Assembly (NCBI RefSeq): GCF_009914755.1
Contig: NC_060937.1
Direction: 5' to 3' (one strand)
Origin: the human T2T-CHM13v2.0 reference genome, Homo sapiens
Length of the DNA: 64,000 nucleotides
This document shows positions 1-13,705 of the stretch, piece after piece. The notes under the pieces are model-generated. The model did not search any database and was not told where the DNA came from. It saw only the letters and a program-made list of their open reading frames with translations. The stretch's first letter is position 1, and each line of letters opens with the position of its first letter. The position numbers and the translations under genes were made by a program.

Positions 1-1086
1 CTGCATTAGGTGTCGTAACATTTAAATAGATTGTCTATGCTAATATCATCCTTTAAAGATAAAAATTTAAGAAACATTTGTGCTTTCCCCAAAATATCCT
101 TAAACTTCAGTGTTTAATCACAAGTTTCAACAGGCAAAGATTTTAAAAACTATGAGGTACTGAAATAAAACCAGAAATTCTGCAGTATTGATGAGTTATG
201 ATGAATGTAAGTTTGGCTGGTATATAAGAATTTATAAAATTTTATGTTTTGACAGTTCAATCTGAAGGTAACACACATTTTCAGATGTTGTTTTCAGAAA
301 AAAATAAATAGAAGAGACTCCTGAATGTTTATTTGATATATTTATTTGGAATCTTTCATAATTCAAATGTTAAGTGCTTAGAAAAAAAATTTATAAATTA
401 GGAAGTTATCTACAAATTAGACATTGGTCTTGGCCAAATGCCTAGTTTCTGCTTAAATATATTTCTTTTCAGTCAATTTCTTCTTCTATGCATAATTTCA
501 TCTTTATATAATTGTAATCATGTTACATAAGTGTTAAATAGCTTTCTTCAATTAATTATGATTTTTTTAATGTTATTACATAGACTTCTTAAGCCGTTGT
601 GTGGAATAGTGGGATAATTATTGAGAGCAGTTTCCATAGTTTACTTAACTATTCCTGTACTACTGATCATTTAGACAATTTTCAGACTTCTACAGATATA
701 TACATTAGCCTTTGCTGGTATTAACATTATTTCATCAAGTTAAACTTTAGTTAGTGGATACTTTATCATTTTGATACATATTGCCAAACTGTCCACAAGA
801 TACTATTTTACATTTTACATCAGCTTATTTTGTTGTTTGTTGTTTATGTCCTGTGACTGTTGAATGTTTCTTGTCTTTGCATTTCTCTCATTAATTTGTA
901 GGTCACTTACATGAATAAACTGTGAAACACTTGGTACAAAAGTGTTTGACAGCCATTGTGTGGAATAGTGAGATAATTATTATCTCACCATTTCATAATC
1001 TGTTCTTTAACAGATAACTTGATTTTGCCAGATAAATTTTCACTTTTTTATCAAGTCAAATCTTTAAATTATTTTTATTTTTCTAG

Positions 1087-1384
<298 letters not shown>

Positions 1385-2050
1385 TTCTGGGTCTTTTTTT
1401 TTTTTTTTTAATATATTTTTTTAATCAACTTTGTGAAAACTCCTTATAAAGGGTTGATAACTATTGTATCCTCTTTTAAGTTTTCTATGTTTTGTTTTGG
1501 AGTTTACTCTATTTTACTGCATGGTGTTGAGTTGAAGAAATAACATTTTTTTCATAAAATTACTCATAAATTATTCCAAGGCCATTTGCTTCATAATTTT
1601 TTCGTCTCTGTGAATTTCTGATAACACTCTTATCATTTGCAAAATTTTTACATGTAATAAAATTTGTTTCTGAGCTATTTATAATTTTTTATTAACATGT
1701 TTGTCTATTCTTGCTCTAGTACAAAAATATTTCTGAAGTCCATTTGAGAAAACAAATGGGTAAAAACAGCAGGGGGACAAAAACCCCTAGGAATTGTGTT
1801 TACTTGACTTTCCACTGATTTTCAGTCCATGCCTAGAACAGTGCTCTGCACCTGATAGACACTGAGTAAAGATTAGTTGCTAATTGAATGAATAAAAAAT
1901 AAGTTCAGTAGCTGAGACCAACTTAGCATGCTTTTGAAACTTTTAGACTGAATATTATCCTTCAGTGATATTTTCTCAATATTTCTCTCAGTTGATTTCT
2001 CAATAACCTATAACTAGAGATTGCATTTTGATGAGGACCTGGATGATGGC

Positions 2051-2420
2051 TGTATAAATCCATATTCATGCTGCTATAAAGAACTACCTGAGACTGGATA
2101 ATTTATGAAGAAAAGAGGTTTAATTGACTCACAGTTCTGAAGGCTTAACAGGAAGCATGACTGGGAGGCCTCAGGAAACTTACAATCGTGGTAGAAGGCG
2201 AAGAGGAAGCAAGCACGTCTTACCATGGCAGAGGAGAAGAGAGAGAAAGAGAAGGGGGAGGTGCCACACAGTTTCAAATGGTGAGATCTTGTGAGAACTC
2301 ACTCACTATTATGAGAACAGCAAGGGGAAAATCTGTTACCATGATCCAGTCACCTTCCACCACGCCCCTCCTCCAATTCTACAGGAGATTTGTGTGGGGA
2401 CACAAATCCAAACCATATCA
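2051..2420 (-). mobile_element. MaLR solo LTR (THE1D/MSTA-like)
   Basis: TG...CA ends, AAGAAAAGAGGTTTAATTGACTCACAGTTC and CCAAACCATATCA motifs; perfect 5-bp TSD ATGGC (2046-2050, 2421-2425). Confidence 0.93.
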
Positions 2421-2754
2421 ATGGCAATGGGATTACTGGCTGACAGTGGATTTCTGGTGGACAGGGATAAATTTGTCACCTTGTTGCATGACTTGAATTT
2501 AACCTGGATTCTCACCTAATGGAAGGCCTTTTGGTGAAACGCCATTTTAGCTTTACAAAGAGGTATAGGTGGTAGGAATAGCAGAAATCGTGGTATATTC
2601 ATCTGCAAAAGTTTTTATGAATTTTCCCAAATAATGTTTTATAGAACACTGTAAGTGGTATATATTCCATTTTCCAGTAGCATTTGGGATATCTAAACAT
2701 GGGACAAATGCATAGTTATATTAAGAAATTTAAGCAGCAGAAAATATGGGTCAA

Positions 2755-3073
<319 letters not shown>

Positions 3074-3290
3074 AGAAAATATGGGTCAAATATAAATCTA
3101 CGCTAAGAACCTTAGTTAAACGAAAATCACATATTACATAATTACCACACATTAAGTATACAGGCAAATTTATGGATAGCCATTGGCAGCCATAAATAAA
3201 TAATAGCAATTCCTTTTAGCAATATATAAAATTTGTAATTGTTTTTGGTTGTCACCATGACCTCACATTTTTCATTTTTGGGAATTTCTT

Positions 3291-3720
3291 TGTCTTTGTC
3301 TGTTTGTGTTGCTGTAAAAGAATGCTAGAGGCTGGGTAATTTATAAAGAAAAGAAGTTTATTTGGATCATGGTTTTGCAGGTTGTACAAGAAGCATGGTA
3401 CTGGCATCTGTATCTCGTGAGGGCCCAGGAAGCTTCCACTCATGGCAAAAGCTGAAGGGGAGCCCGTGTATGCAGATCACATGGAGGGAGGGGAGGCATG
3501 AGAGAGAGAGGAGGAATCACCAGGCTCTTTTCAGCAATCAGTTCTCAGGGGAGCTAAGAGTGAGAACTCACACACTCCCTGGAGAATGGCACCAAGCCAT
3601 TTATCAGGGACTTACTCCCATGATCCAAACACCTCTCACCAGGCCCCACCTCTAATGCTAGGGATCAAATTATAACATGTGACTTGGTAGGATCAAACAA
3701 ACCTTATCCAAACCATAGCA
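3291..3720 (-). mobile_element. MaLR solo LTR (MSTB-like)
   Basis: GGGTAATTTATAAAGAAAAGAAGTTTATTTGG, GAGTGAGAACTCAC, and the end ATCCAAACCATAGCA. Confidence 0.88.
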
Positions 3721-3929
3721 GTACTCATTATGTTACTCCTCATAATACTGGTAATTGTTTGCTTCTGCTGGTCTATCTAGAGCTTACACTGAAATCTACA
3801 TTTCCTATCTTCTAAAGAAACTTCATATTATAGTAAGGTCATGAGATACCCATCTGGTGAAGCATTATGTCTTTAGGATCTGCTGCCAGCTGTACATACA
3901 TTTGAAATGGGTAAAGGAAGGCCAGTGAG

Positions 3930-5029
3930 CAATAATACCATTCTGGATATAGGAACTGGCAAAGATTTTATGACAAAGACATCAAAAGGAATTGCAACAA
4001 AAGCAAAAATTGACAAATGATATCTAATTACACTTAAGAGCTTCTGCACAGCAAAGAAACTATTAACAGAGCAAACAGACAACGTATGGAAGGGGAGTAA
4101 ATATTTACAAACTATGCATCTGACAAAGGTCTAATATCCAGCATCTTTAAGGAACTGAAACAAATTTACAAGAAAATAACCAAACAACCCCATTAAAAAG
4201 TGGGCAAAAGACATGAACAGGCACTTCTCAAAAGAAGACATACATGCAGCCAACAAGCACATGAAAAAATGTTCAACATTACTGATCATTAGAGAAATGC
4301 AAATCAAAACTGCAAGAAGATACCATCTCAAACCAGTCAGAAAGGCTATTATTAGAAAGCCAAAAATAATAATAATACTAATAACATGCTAGTGAGGTTG
4401 TGGAGAAAAGGGAACACTGTTGGTGGGAGTATAAATTAATTTAGCCATTATGAAAAGCAGTGTGATCATTTCTAAAAGAGCCAAAAACAGACTACCATTT
4501 GACCCAGCAATCCCAGTACTAGCTGTATACCCAAAAGAATATAAATCATTCTACCATAAGGATGCATGCATGCATATGTTCACTGCAGCACTATTTACAA
4601 TAGCCAAGACATTTAATCAACCTAAATGTCCATCAGCGGTAGACTGGGTAAAGAAAATGTGGTACATATACACCATGGCATACTATGCAGCCATAAAAAA
4701 GAAAGAGATTATGTTCTTTGCAGGAATGGGACTGGAGGCCATTAACCTTAGCAAACTAATGCAGGAACAGAAAACCAAATACTACATGTTTTCACTTGTA
4801 AGTGGGAGCTAAAAGATGAGAACATATGGACACAAAGGGGAACAACAGACATTGGGGTCTGCCTGTGGGTGGAAGGTGGGGTGAAGGAGACTGTCAGAAA
4901 AAATAACTAATTAGTACTAGGCTTAATATCTGGATGATGTAATAATCTGTACAACAACCCCCTGTGGCACAATTTACCTTATAACAAACCTGCAGATGTA
5001 CCCGAACCTAAAATAAAAGTTTATAAAGA
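3930..5029 (+). mobile_element. 5'-truncated LINE-1 (older L1PA13-16-like), ORF2 C-terminus plus 3'UTR
   Basis: ORF 4450-4812 resembles the ORF2p C-terminus (LPFDPAIP...[12 protein letters not shown]...WYIYTM); 3'UTR ends AAAATAAAAGTT; TSD AAGGAAGGCCAGTGAG / AAAGAAGGCCAATGAG (3914-3929, 5030-5045). Confidence 0.93.
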
Positions 5030-5174
5030 AAAGAAGGCCAATGAGTTTGAAGTTAAAGGTGTTGACTTTAGTAACTATAAAGAAGTCTCTTATAAGAAAC
5101 TTATTTTAGTTTTAGAAGGTAATCATTTAGAAGGTAATTATTGTTCCTGTTATCTAATATCTATATTAGGAGAT

Positions 5175-5670
5175 GAAGCAGTAACGTCCCAACTTGAAAT
5201 GAACACAGAGGGGTAAATTAGAATAAATAGAGGAGGTTTTATTTATCAAGAGACTATTTCCAAAGGTTTGGGCAGAGCGTAGGGAAACCACATAGATAAT
5301 AACCACATCGAGTGTAGGGAAACCACATAGATAATGAATAATTAGTCATGTCCAGCAAAGACTCCTGATTTCCAGGAGTAGAAATGGTAAAGGAGTTTTA
5401 TCACTTTTCATGTGGAAGGAATTAGGGGAGGAATCCAGCAGGAGACTTATGTAGAGACGGCAGTCTTGAGCCATATTGTAACCTTGAGGGGCTACAGCCA
5501 GGGCAATAAGTAACCAGACTTACCATCTTCCCTCCTCCCCATTGGCTGAATTCAACAAGAAGCCAGAGGACATGGAAACCTGTTGACTTTGTCCATACCA
5601 GTCAGCCTCTTGGGGCCAGAGGGCTGTATGGAGAAGGATTTAAAGGAGGAAATGGAAGATATTCAGCACA
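5175..5670 (-). mobile_element. ERVL solo LTR (LTR33-like)
   Basis: CCCATTGGCTGAATTCAACAAGAAGCCAGAGG...GTCAGCCTC...GGAAGATATTCAGCACA resembles the LTR33 terminus. Confidence 0.65.
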
Positions 5671-6109
5671 GTGGAGGGGTGCGGTGGGAGTAAGGTGTAG
5701 AATTACCTGACTTGCATCATGTTATGCTGCCTGTTCCACTAAAAGGAACCTCAATTGTGATAATATAGCCTGAGAGATTCTTACAAGCTATGACCACCAT
5801 TCTGTAAACAATTCCCATTATACATATGAATATTATAAATTACTTCATTTGAGAAATTTGTCATGAGCATCATGTTTCAGAAGGATCTGGACCAGTTTTT
5901 ACATGGGTTTGGTTTTCCATTGATGGAAAAAAGAAGATACAAGGAGATACAAAGAAAAATGAGACAACACTGCTCATATTTTGCCTTTACGCTTCAGAAA
6001 AAAAAAGCATGAAAAGAAAATAAGGCCACAAATATGTGTAGTGTGATAAAACAACTTCTCCTTGATTTTTTTATAATTAAAAAATCTATATTTTCTATAA
6101 AAAGAGGCA

Positions 6110-6610
6110 ATTCAATAAAGAAGAGAAGCAAATTGATGATAGCTATTTGAAAAAGTTAACCTCACTAATAAATGCAAATTACAGACACGGTGAAATTTAC
6201 TTTTTGAACATTGGATAAAGATCAGTTTTCCCAGTGTTGATGAGTTTGTGGTGGAACAGGCCTTTACAGGGTCTGATGGGAATTTATATTGATACCATCT
6301 TTCTGGAAATAATTTTGGCAATACAAATTAGTAACATTGAAGCAGTTCATACACATAGACTTATTTCATTTAGTTTCACCAGAGAGAACCTAAATGTTTA
6401 ACATTATAGATATGCTTGAGGGTATTATATATTAACCATAAGATGGACTATTATGAAACATTTATTATGGTTTTTGAAAGTTCTTAATGCATGAAAAATG
6501 TTTATAATATAATGGTAGTTTTAAAAAGGATATAAATAGATAAAAATGTCAGTGGTGACCATCTAGTAGTAATGAAAGAACGGGTGACTTCTATTATTTC
6601 TCTCTACTTT
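6110..6610 (+). mobile_element. Old L1ME-type 3' fragment
   Basis: CTCACTAATAAATGCAAATT...CTTTCTGGAAATAATTTTGGCAATA motifs of old L1 ORF2/3'UTR. Confidence 0.55.
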
Positions 6611-6618
6611 TATGTTTT

Positions 6619-6700
6619 ATATATATATATATATATGTGTATATATATATGTGTATATATGTATATATATATATGTATTATATATATTTATATATATATG
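6619..6700. repeat. Imperfect (TA)n/(TATG)n microsatellite
   Basis: Directly visible. Confidence 0.95.
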
Positions 6701-7764
6701 TATTGCAGTGAGCATGTTTAACCTTTAAAACACAAAACTAATAATAAACATATTTTTAAAAAGTTGTTTCTGTTGCTGGTTCTCTGAGCAACTATAAAAT
6801 GTTTGACAATCAGCTGGAGACATTGGTTTGCTTAATGCTCTGTAAAGAATAAAAAGAGTAGAGTAAGTTTAAACTTCTTTGGGAGTCATGTGGAATTTGA
6901 AAGCTTCAGAAATATTTGTATTTATGCTCTGTTTATATACATACGGTTTGAAAAAAGTGATTTTAATGTTTTGTTTTTTGTGCTTTAATGTGTTTTCCAA
7001 AATGACTATAATGACATAGTTACTTAAAAAAAAAACTTTTTTAAAGAGCAGTTTTAGGTTCACAGCATATTACTTTTTACAATAAAAAAACTACTTTTAT
7101 ATACAAATTGGTCACGGTGGGAATTAAGCAATTAGGTACATGAAAGTTTATTTCTTTTGTGTACTTTGAAAGTAATTTTAAAATATAATTATACTTATTG
7201 TGCTTGGTTGTTTTAATAATAAAGCATTGTATGGAAGCAAACCCATGATTAGCTAACCTCAAGTTGGTGTATCACTCAGGCGAACACCACATGATTGAGA
7301 TTTTCTTTTGCTTCCTGAAGGCCTAATGCAGGGAAGAGAGATGGAAAGTGATAGAAAAAGGCTTTTTTCCCTCGGCTGTTACTATCTTAACACAGAGCTC
7401 ATATCACTATGTAGAGTAAATAGTCAACGCGTGCTTCAGAGAATTAAAATGGAGCAGAAGACCTTAGATGCATTAATAAAGTTTGTTAAGAAAACAAATA
7501 TTACCCATTTCTACTGAGAGGCATGAGAAGAGAAAAAGGGGAGAGGACAGCTGTTACTCCTTGTTTCCTCTGCTGATTGCTTCAAAGAGCTTCTGATAAT
7601 GCCTAATGAACTCCTGATCCTCATTCCTTTTTCTTCCCTCTTCCCAATTCATTTTCATCTTCTTTGTTCTTTATCTAACACTGTGTCTCAATCTCTCTCT
7701 CTTTCTCATCTATTTACCTCTAGTTCTATCTTCTCTGTTTCTGGAACTTTTCTTAATATAGGAG

Positions 7765-8221
7765 CTTTAGTTTCCTAGTGCTGCTATAACAGATTACTAC
7801 AAACTGGGTGGTTATAAAACAACAGAAATACATCCTCTCAGAGTTCTGGAGGTCAGAAGTTTGAAATTAAGGTATCTGCAGGGTTGGTTCCCTCTGGAGG
7901 CTCTGAAGGAGAATCCGTTTCGTGTTTCTCTCTTGGCTTCCGGTGGCTGCCAGCAATCCTTGGTGTTGCCTGGCTTATAAATGCATCCCTTCAATCTCCA
8001 CCTCTGTCTTCAGGCTACCCTCTCCTCTATGAGTTCTACCTTTCTCTTTTCTTATAAGGACACTTGTTATTGGATGTAGGGCCCACACTAATCTCGAATG
8101 ACCTCATCTTGAGATCCTTAACTGAATCACATCCTGCAAAGACTCTGATTTCCAAATAAGGTCACACTCGTAAGTTCTGGGTAGACATATTGTTGGAGAG
8201 GTTACCATACAGCCCACTACA
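7765..8221 (-). mobile_element. MaLR solo LTR (MLT1B/C-like)
   Basis: TAGTTTCCTAGTGCTGCTATAACAGATTACTACAAACTGGGTGG...CTTATAAGGACAC...TTCCAAATAAGGTCAC. Confidence 0.88.
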
Positions 8222-10199
8222 CTAGGACACTTTTCCTGGTAACGTTTCTCTCTACTTTATAACTATTTCCTTTCCCTAATTCCTATCTTCCTTCTTGCTG
8301 TCCTTCATTCTGGTGTATAGAACTTGGAATTTAGATTCTCTGCTGCAGAGTTTCCCAGAATGCTGTTCTGCTAGATGTAATGTCTAGTGGGTTCTGAGGC
8401 CCAACCAATGTGGGATGTACTGTATTCTGTATCTTCCTATTGGATATTTATAACACATGTTACCATATTAATGGCCTGAGAAATCCTTCTGTCTCATTTC
8501 CTAAACCATTAAACCCTTTTCAGAAAAATGTCCAATATAATTTTGTGAAACTCTGCTTTGTGGCACTTTTTTAGGAACTACCATGGAACAGATTTTTTTT
8601 TTCCCACTAACTGCAATGCTATGTTGGTAGTTTGTTTGTTTTTAAAAATTCATTTTCTGCCTATCTCTCAACAGGTCTCACTTTTTGTTTTTCAACTCCT
8701 TCTTTGCAAAAATTGTTATATTATCTTCAAAATTTCTACGCCATGTTTATGTAGGTAACTGCTAAATTCATTTCTTTAATTTTGATCTGTAATCAGCTTA
8801 AATTCTCAACATTTTCTATCTAGTATTAGTTGAGAATGAGCAATTTCTATATTTTCAGGTTTTTCTTGTGATGTTTAAAACTCTTGTTTTTTAAAAATTA
8901 TATTTCAAAATAACAGCCTTGAAGCATATTAAAAGACTTTTTACTTCAAATGGGAGAGACAGTAGAAAGTAATTAGTGTAGAAACTTTAATATCTATTTA
9001 CAAACCCATAACTCTTCACAATGTTTTAGAAAATGGCTCCAAGAACAAATTATACTATATCAGGTAAGCTGCAGAAAGAAAATGGGCTTATATTTTAATA
9101 CTGGTTCAGGCATTTAGGCTACTCCCATTACTCAAGGGATTTTCTGCACATTTTGAGTTGATGTTGGAATTTTAAAAGGTATGAGGCAACAGCCACACTG
9201 ATATTTCTAAGTCTCATTCATCTTTATAAATTTCATGTTTTATTGTTAGTTTTACATATAACTACGATAACTTTCCTATCTACAAGGCTACAGCAAATGG
9301 AAGTTTAACTTTTTGGAGTACTTTAAAATGAGATTTAAAATCAACTTTTAAAAACATAAACATATTTCTCTTTATGAAGTAATATGCTTCAGTTTGTCCT
9401 GAACTATTAACACTCAAGAACTACTTGGTGGCTGTCACTATTCTCTAGATAGTCGTAAAACTTTTAATATGGTGAAACCCTGACATGTTAATTAGAGTAC
9501 CATATAACTCTCCACTCTTCAAGAGTTTCCATATTCATAGATGACATATATATTTGGTTTTCTTTACATAGACCATTACTCCATTTATTCCATTGTACTT
9601 GAATCCATCTAATGAGCTTCTGATTCTACCCATGAGCAGTGCTTTGAGTGGCTTGCCAAATTTTTACTGAAGGTTTAGGTGTTTGTTGAGCCCAGTCTGA
9701 CAGCTGCTGTTTTCATTTAATGATTTTGCAAGGAATTCGGCAACTTACTTGGCCATTGGCTTGAGTTTGCAAGTATTCTCACTTCTTACATTTGTAAGTA
9801 TGGAAAAAAGGCCCTCTTCTCACTGGTTAAACCAAATGAGGAGAAACTTTACCCTAGGGAAGTAAGAAAATAATGAACATAGAATTTTGCCAAAACTGTT
9901 GGTATGTCTGTGAAATATAAGGATCTTTAGAGATGGGAGTTAATAACAAAAAAAATTATCAAAATGGTATTTGAGTAGTGATAAAGCTTAGCTTGAATTT
10001 AATTTCCTTTTCTCTCTCATAATTTGATTATTTTACGGAAGTTGATTGAAAGATAGGTGGCGGATCCCAAGACATTTCTTTATGGAGATAAGGCCTCTAA
10101 ATTTTTCTTCTAAACAACCTGGGGATAGACTGAGTAGATTGTTCTGGACCCCTCCAAAGTAGGTATGGTAGACAATGAAATAATTATTTGCTTTTAAGA

Positions 10200-10630
10200 C
10201 TGCTAAGAGATAGTTCCCTAAGGGTGTCTCTGGCATCTGCACCTGTCATGAGCAGAAGCATTAACTATACTTTTGTTCCACACTATATTTCAAAAGTGTT
10301 TGGATAGATAATATCTTTGGAAGATAGAGTAATGCCCCCCCTGCAACAGACAGAAGATTTACTTACTTTTCAGCATAATAAAGACAATTTCTTTCAGAGC
10401 AGAGATCAAGCAGATTTGATTAGTGCCCATTATAAAATATTTTGGTTACCTAAGCTCAAGTTTCCTCATCTGTGACACTAACCCACTGTGTGTGATGCAT
10501 CCACCTGGCTCACTCCACATTGCCCTCGTGGGACCTGGGGGACAAGAGGAAGATACACAACTTGCAAGCCTAGAAAGCTCAATTGCTGTGAGTAATTATG
10601 CTCATGTTTCTGATCCGGGGGTCTTTACTC
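10200..10630 (+). mobile_element. ERVL LTR fragment (MER76-like)
   Basis: CCCATTATAAAA...CCTAAGCTCA...AACCCACTGTGTGTG...ATTGCTGTGAGTAAT; family name from memory. Confidence 0.5.
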
Positions 10631-10802
10631 AGATTTATTAAGTGTTAATTCTTTAGTATAATTTTCAGAGGCTACTTTATTTCTCCTATTTTCAAGGTTT
10701 TGGGGGCAGTTCATAATAGCCCTCTTGACTGTTTTATAGGACTTAATGCAGATGACTAATAGGGCTTTAAAATTGAAAGGTACCAATTTTTTTTTTCATT
10801 TT

Positions 10803-11165
10803 ACTAGTCAGAATAGGCTATGTATGCTGCAATAACAAATTAAACCCCAAATCTTAGTAGATGAAAACAACCAAGATTTATTTGGGGCTTACACAGTGTT
10901 CATTGAGAATTAGGTGACTCTATAGGGCAGTTTTATCTTTCATCCTCCACATAATGATTGATTCAGGCTGTTCTTATTGTGGGTGTTGCCATCTGAATCT
11001 GTGTACCCTTAACGGTAGAGTGAGGGAAGAGAGTAAGTGCACAACTCACGCTCACCCTTGTATGCCTTGACTCTCATCACTTAGTAACATGGCCCTAGCA
11101 AGTTGCGAGGTGGCTGAGAGTTGTAGGGGAAACCACGGACATTAAGTAAACAATGAATGTCTGTC
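10803..11165 (-). mobile_element. Old MaLR LTR (MLT1J/K/L-like)
   Basis: TAGTCAGAATAGGCTATGTATGCTGCAATAACAAATTAAACCCCAAATCTTAGT. Confidence 0.65.
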
Positions 11166-12013
11166 ACTTTCATGGATATCTTTGCAAATATTTTTAAAAA
11201 GTACATTGACTTGCCAAAATATTCTCATGCTAGCAATGCATTTAAAAATATTTTAGTCTCATAATGAATTTAAGTAACTGCTATGTGCAAATCCCTCTCT
11301 CCTTTAAAAAAAAAGTGTCTTTGCTATTTTTGTCTGATTATTCTTCCAGATAAAACTCAAAATCCTTTTGGGGTATTTAAAGTTATTTCAAAAAATTTTT
11401 TTGACATTCTTATTGGAATCAAATTAAAGCTATAAAGTAATGTAGGAAGAATTGATATTTTTATATTAGTGTTTCAATGCAGAAACAGGGCTAATTATAA
11501 TTTCTATAGTAATAAAGATTTATATTTCCTTCATAAGATACAAATGCATTTGTAAAATAATAATTCATAAGCATTTTAGATTTTGGATTGCTTTTTGTGA
11601 ATGGAATTTCTTTTATCTAATTACCCCTTACATTTGATTATGAGAACTAACATGTTTCTTTGAAAAAAATTGATAAGATAGATAAACCTGTAGAAAAGCC
11701 TGAGAAAATGTAGAAGAAAGAAAAACAAAATGTGAAAAATGAAATGTAAGTAACTATACACATATATAAAAAGGATTTTAAAAATCATAAGCAAATATGA
11801 ATAATCACATACTAATTTGAAAATCAAAATGACATGGTTACATTTCTGGAAAAAATTAAAATGCTGCAATTGGTTCTTAATGAAATAGAAATAGAAAAGA
11901 AACAAAATACTTGAAAAGATAATGAGCATGAAATAATTTGAAATAGCGATAAAACTATCCCTTCTGTAAACGTACTAGTTTAGATGATTTTTCAGGCTAG
12001 TTCTACTTTCAAG

Positions 12014-12442
12014 TGTGAAAGTTGATTATACAAATTGGGTCATTCTTGTCATACCCCACTAAATCAGAATCAAGGGGCCAAAGGAAAATGTTACATAGTA
12101 CCTGCTCCAATAACTGAATTTTCTGCAAGCCCAGTGGCTGAAATGGCCTGCTGTAAACCTCAAATCAGTTTTACCTAGTAGCTGCTGAAACAACCTGCTG
12201 TGATGCCAGCATCACTCACCTATCAGAGCTTGCCAGCTTCCAAAAACCTCTCTAGTGTCAATGAGCTTGTTTTCAAAATAGTATGTAGCATTTTTCTAAC
12301 AAAACCCCAACCTTTCCTTTCTTCTTTGGACACACTGAAGATCACCCTGCTCTGTGTGTATGCCCCTAATCGCAACTCAGCAATTCTCAAATAAAACTTT
12401 AAATTTAGAGATTTGTCTCTATATTTTATTTTTATTTCAATG
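12014..12442 (+). mobile_element. ERV1 solo LTR (LTR37-like) inserted in old L1M sequence
   Basis: GGTCATTCTTGTCATACCC...TCAGAGCTTGCCAGC...AATAAAACTTTAAATTTAGAGATTTGTCTCTATATTTTATT. Confidence 0.65.
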
Positions 12443-12513
12443 CTAATACTACCCTAAATTAGATTGTCCGTGAAAAGAGTAAAAGAGGCAAAAAAACCTG
12501 ATCAATTCCTGTG

Positions 12514-12516
<3 letters not shown>

Positions 12517-12544
<28 letters not shown>

Positions 12545-12821
12545 GAGACAATGTTTCACTCTGTCACCCAGGCTGGAGTGCAGTGGTGCAATCATAGGTC
12601 ACTGAAGCCTTGAACTCCAGGGCTCAAACTATTCTCCTGCCTTAGCCTCCTGAATAACTGGGACTACAGGTGCACACCACCATGCTGGGCTAAATTTTAA
12701 ATTTTTAGTAGAGATGGGGTCTTGCTATGTTGCCCAGGCTGGTCTTGAACTCCTGGTTTTAGACTTCAGCCTCAGCATGCCAAAGTGCTGGGATTACAGG
12801 GATGAGCCACCATGCTAGGCC
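12517..12821 (-). mobile_element. Alu SINE (AluJ-like), antisense
   Basis: Poly-T, GGGCTCAA and GGGGTCTTGCTATGTTGCCCAGGCTGG (J-type diagnostics). Confidence 0.95.
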
Positions 12822-13149
12822 AAACTCAAATTCTTTTTGAGGCTAGTATAATGTAGATATCAAAAATTCAAAGACAGAAAGAGAAAAGAAAGTTATGGAC
12901 AAATTACATTTATGATTAGAGGTGAAAAATCTATAATAAAAACATGTAACAGTAATTAAAAGGCTAAACCTGCAGATTTGGTGTTTTGATAAATAATTTA
13001 AAGAATATATTACAGTTGTTAAAATAAGAAAAGTGCATTGGAATTAGTATTATCTTGATTCCTTAACTCTTTTTGCATATGCAGAGTTAAATAGGTGCTT
13101 CTAAATGAAAAACAATGGGTATAACTAATATTAATGTGGCAGGTAACTT

Positions 13150-13705
13150 GCCAGGATTAACTTGACAAAGATATTTTGATATACCTCTCATAAAATGAGA
13201 ATATGAATTGTTCTATTAATTAATTGAGTTAATTGTGTAGCAAATTCTTTGCAATCAGTTGATTTCCAATGCTTTGTTTTCAACAGTACTGGGGAAAGAC
13301 CTAATTGAATTTTCAGCTGGTTGATCAGAAAAAGTAATTTTTGATTTTAAGTCACTGTAATTTTGGTGAAGGAGTACAAAAAACTGCATGACATTTGCTC
13401 AACAAACAAAATTTCTCCCATTATCATCTGTCTTTTTATGTGACTAAGGTTTCTTTGTACTTAGGCCTATAAAAACGAAAAAATACAAGGAAAATCAGTG
13501 CTGTGCATTATTTCATGCTAGCCATAGGTCATATCTACTGTGGATACATTACTTAATGGAAAAACTAAAAAATACCTTTAATCAATGGATGCATTTCTAA
13601 TAAGATTTACTTTTGTGTTTTAAAGTTATTTAAGAAAATTTATAATGTTGTTTTGATGAACTGTGTGTTAATAATATTAACAAATCTATTCCAAATAATG
13701 TTTTT
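13150..13705 (+). mobile_element. hAT-Charlie DNA transposon fragment (Charlie7-like); target of the L1 insertion
   Basis: GGATACAT...GATGCATTTCTAATAAGATTTACTTTT...TGTTGTTTTGAT resembles a recalled Charlie 3' region. Confidence 0.4.
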
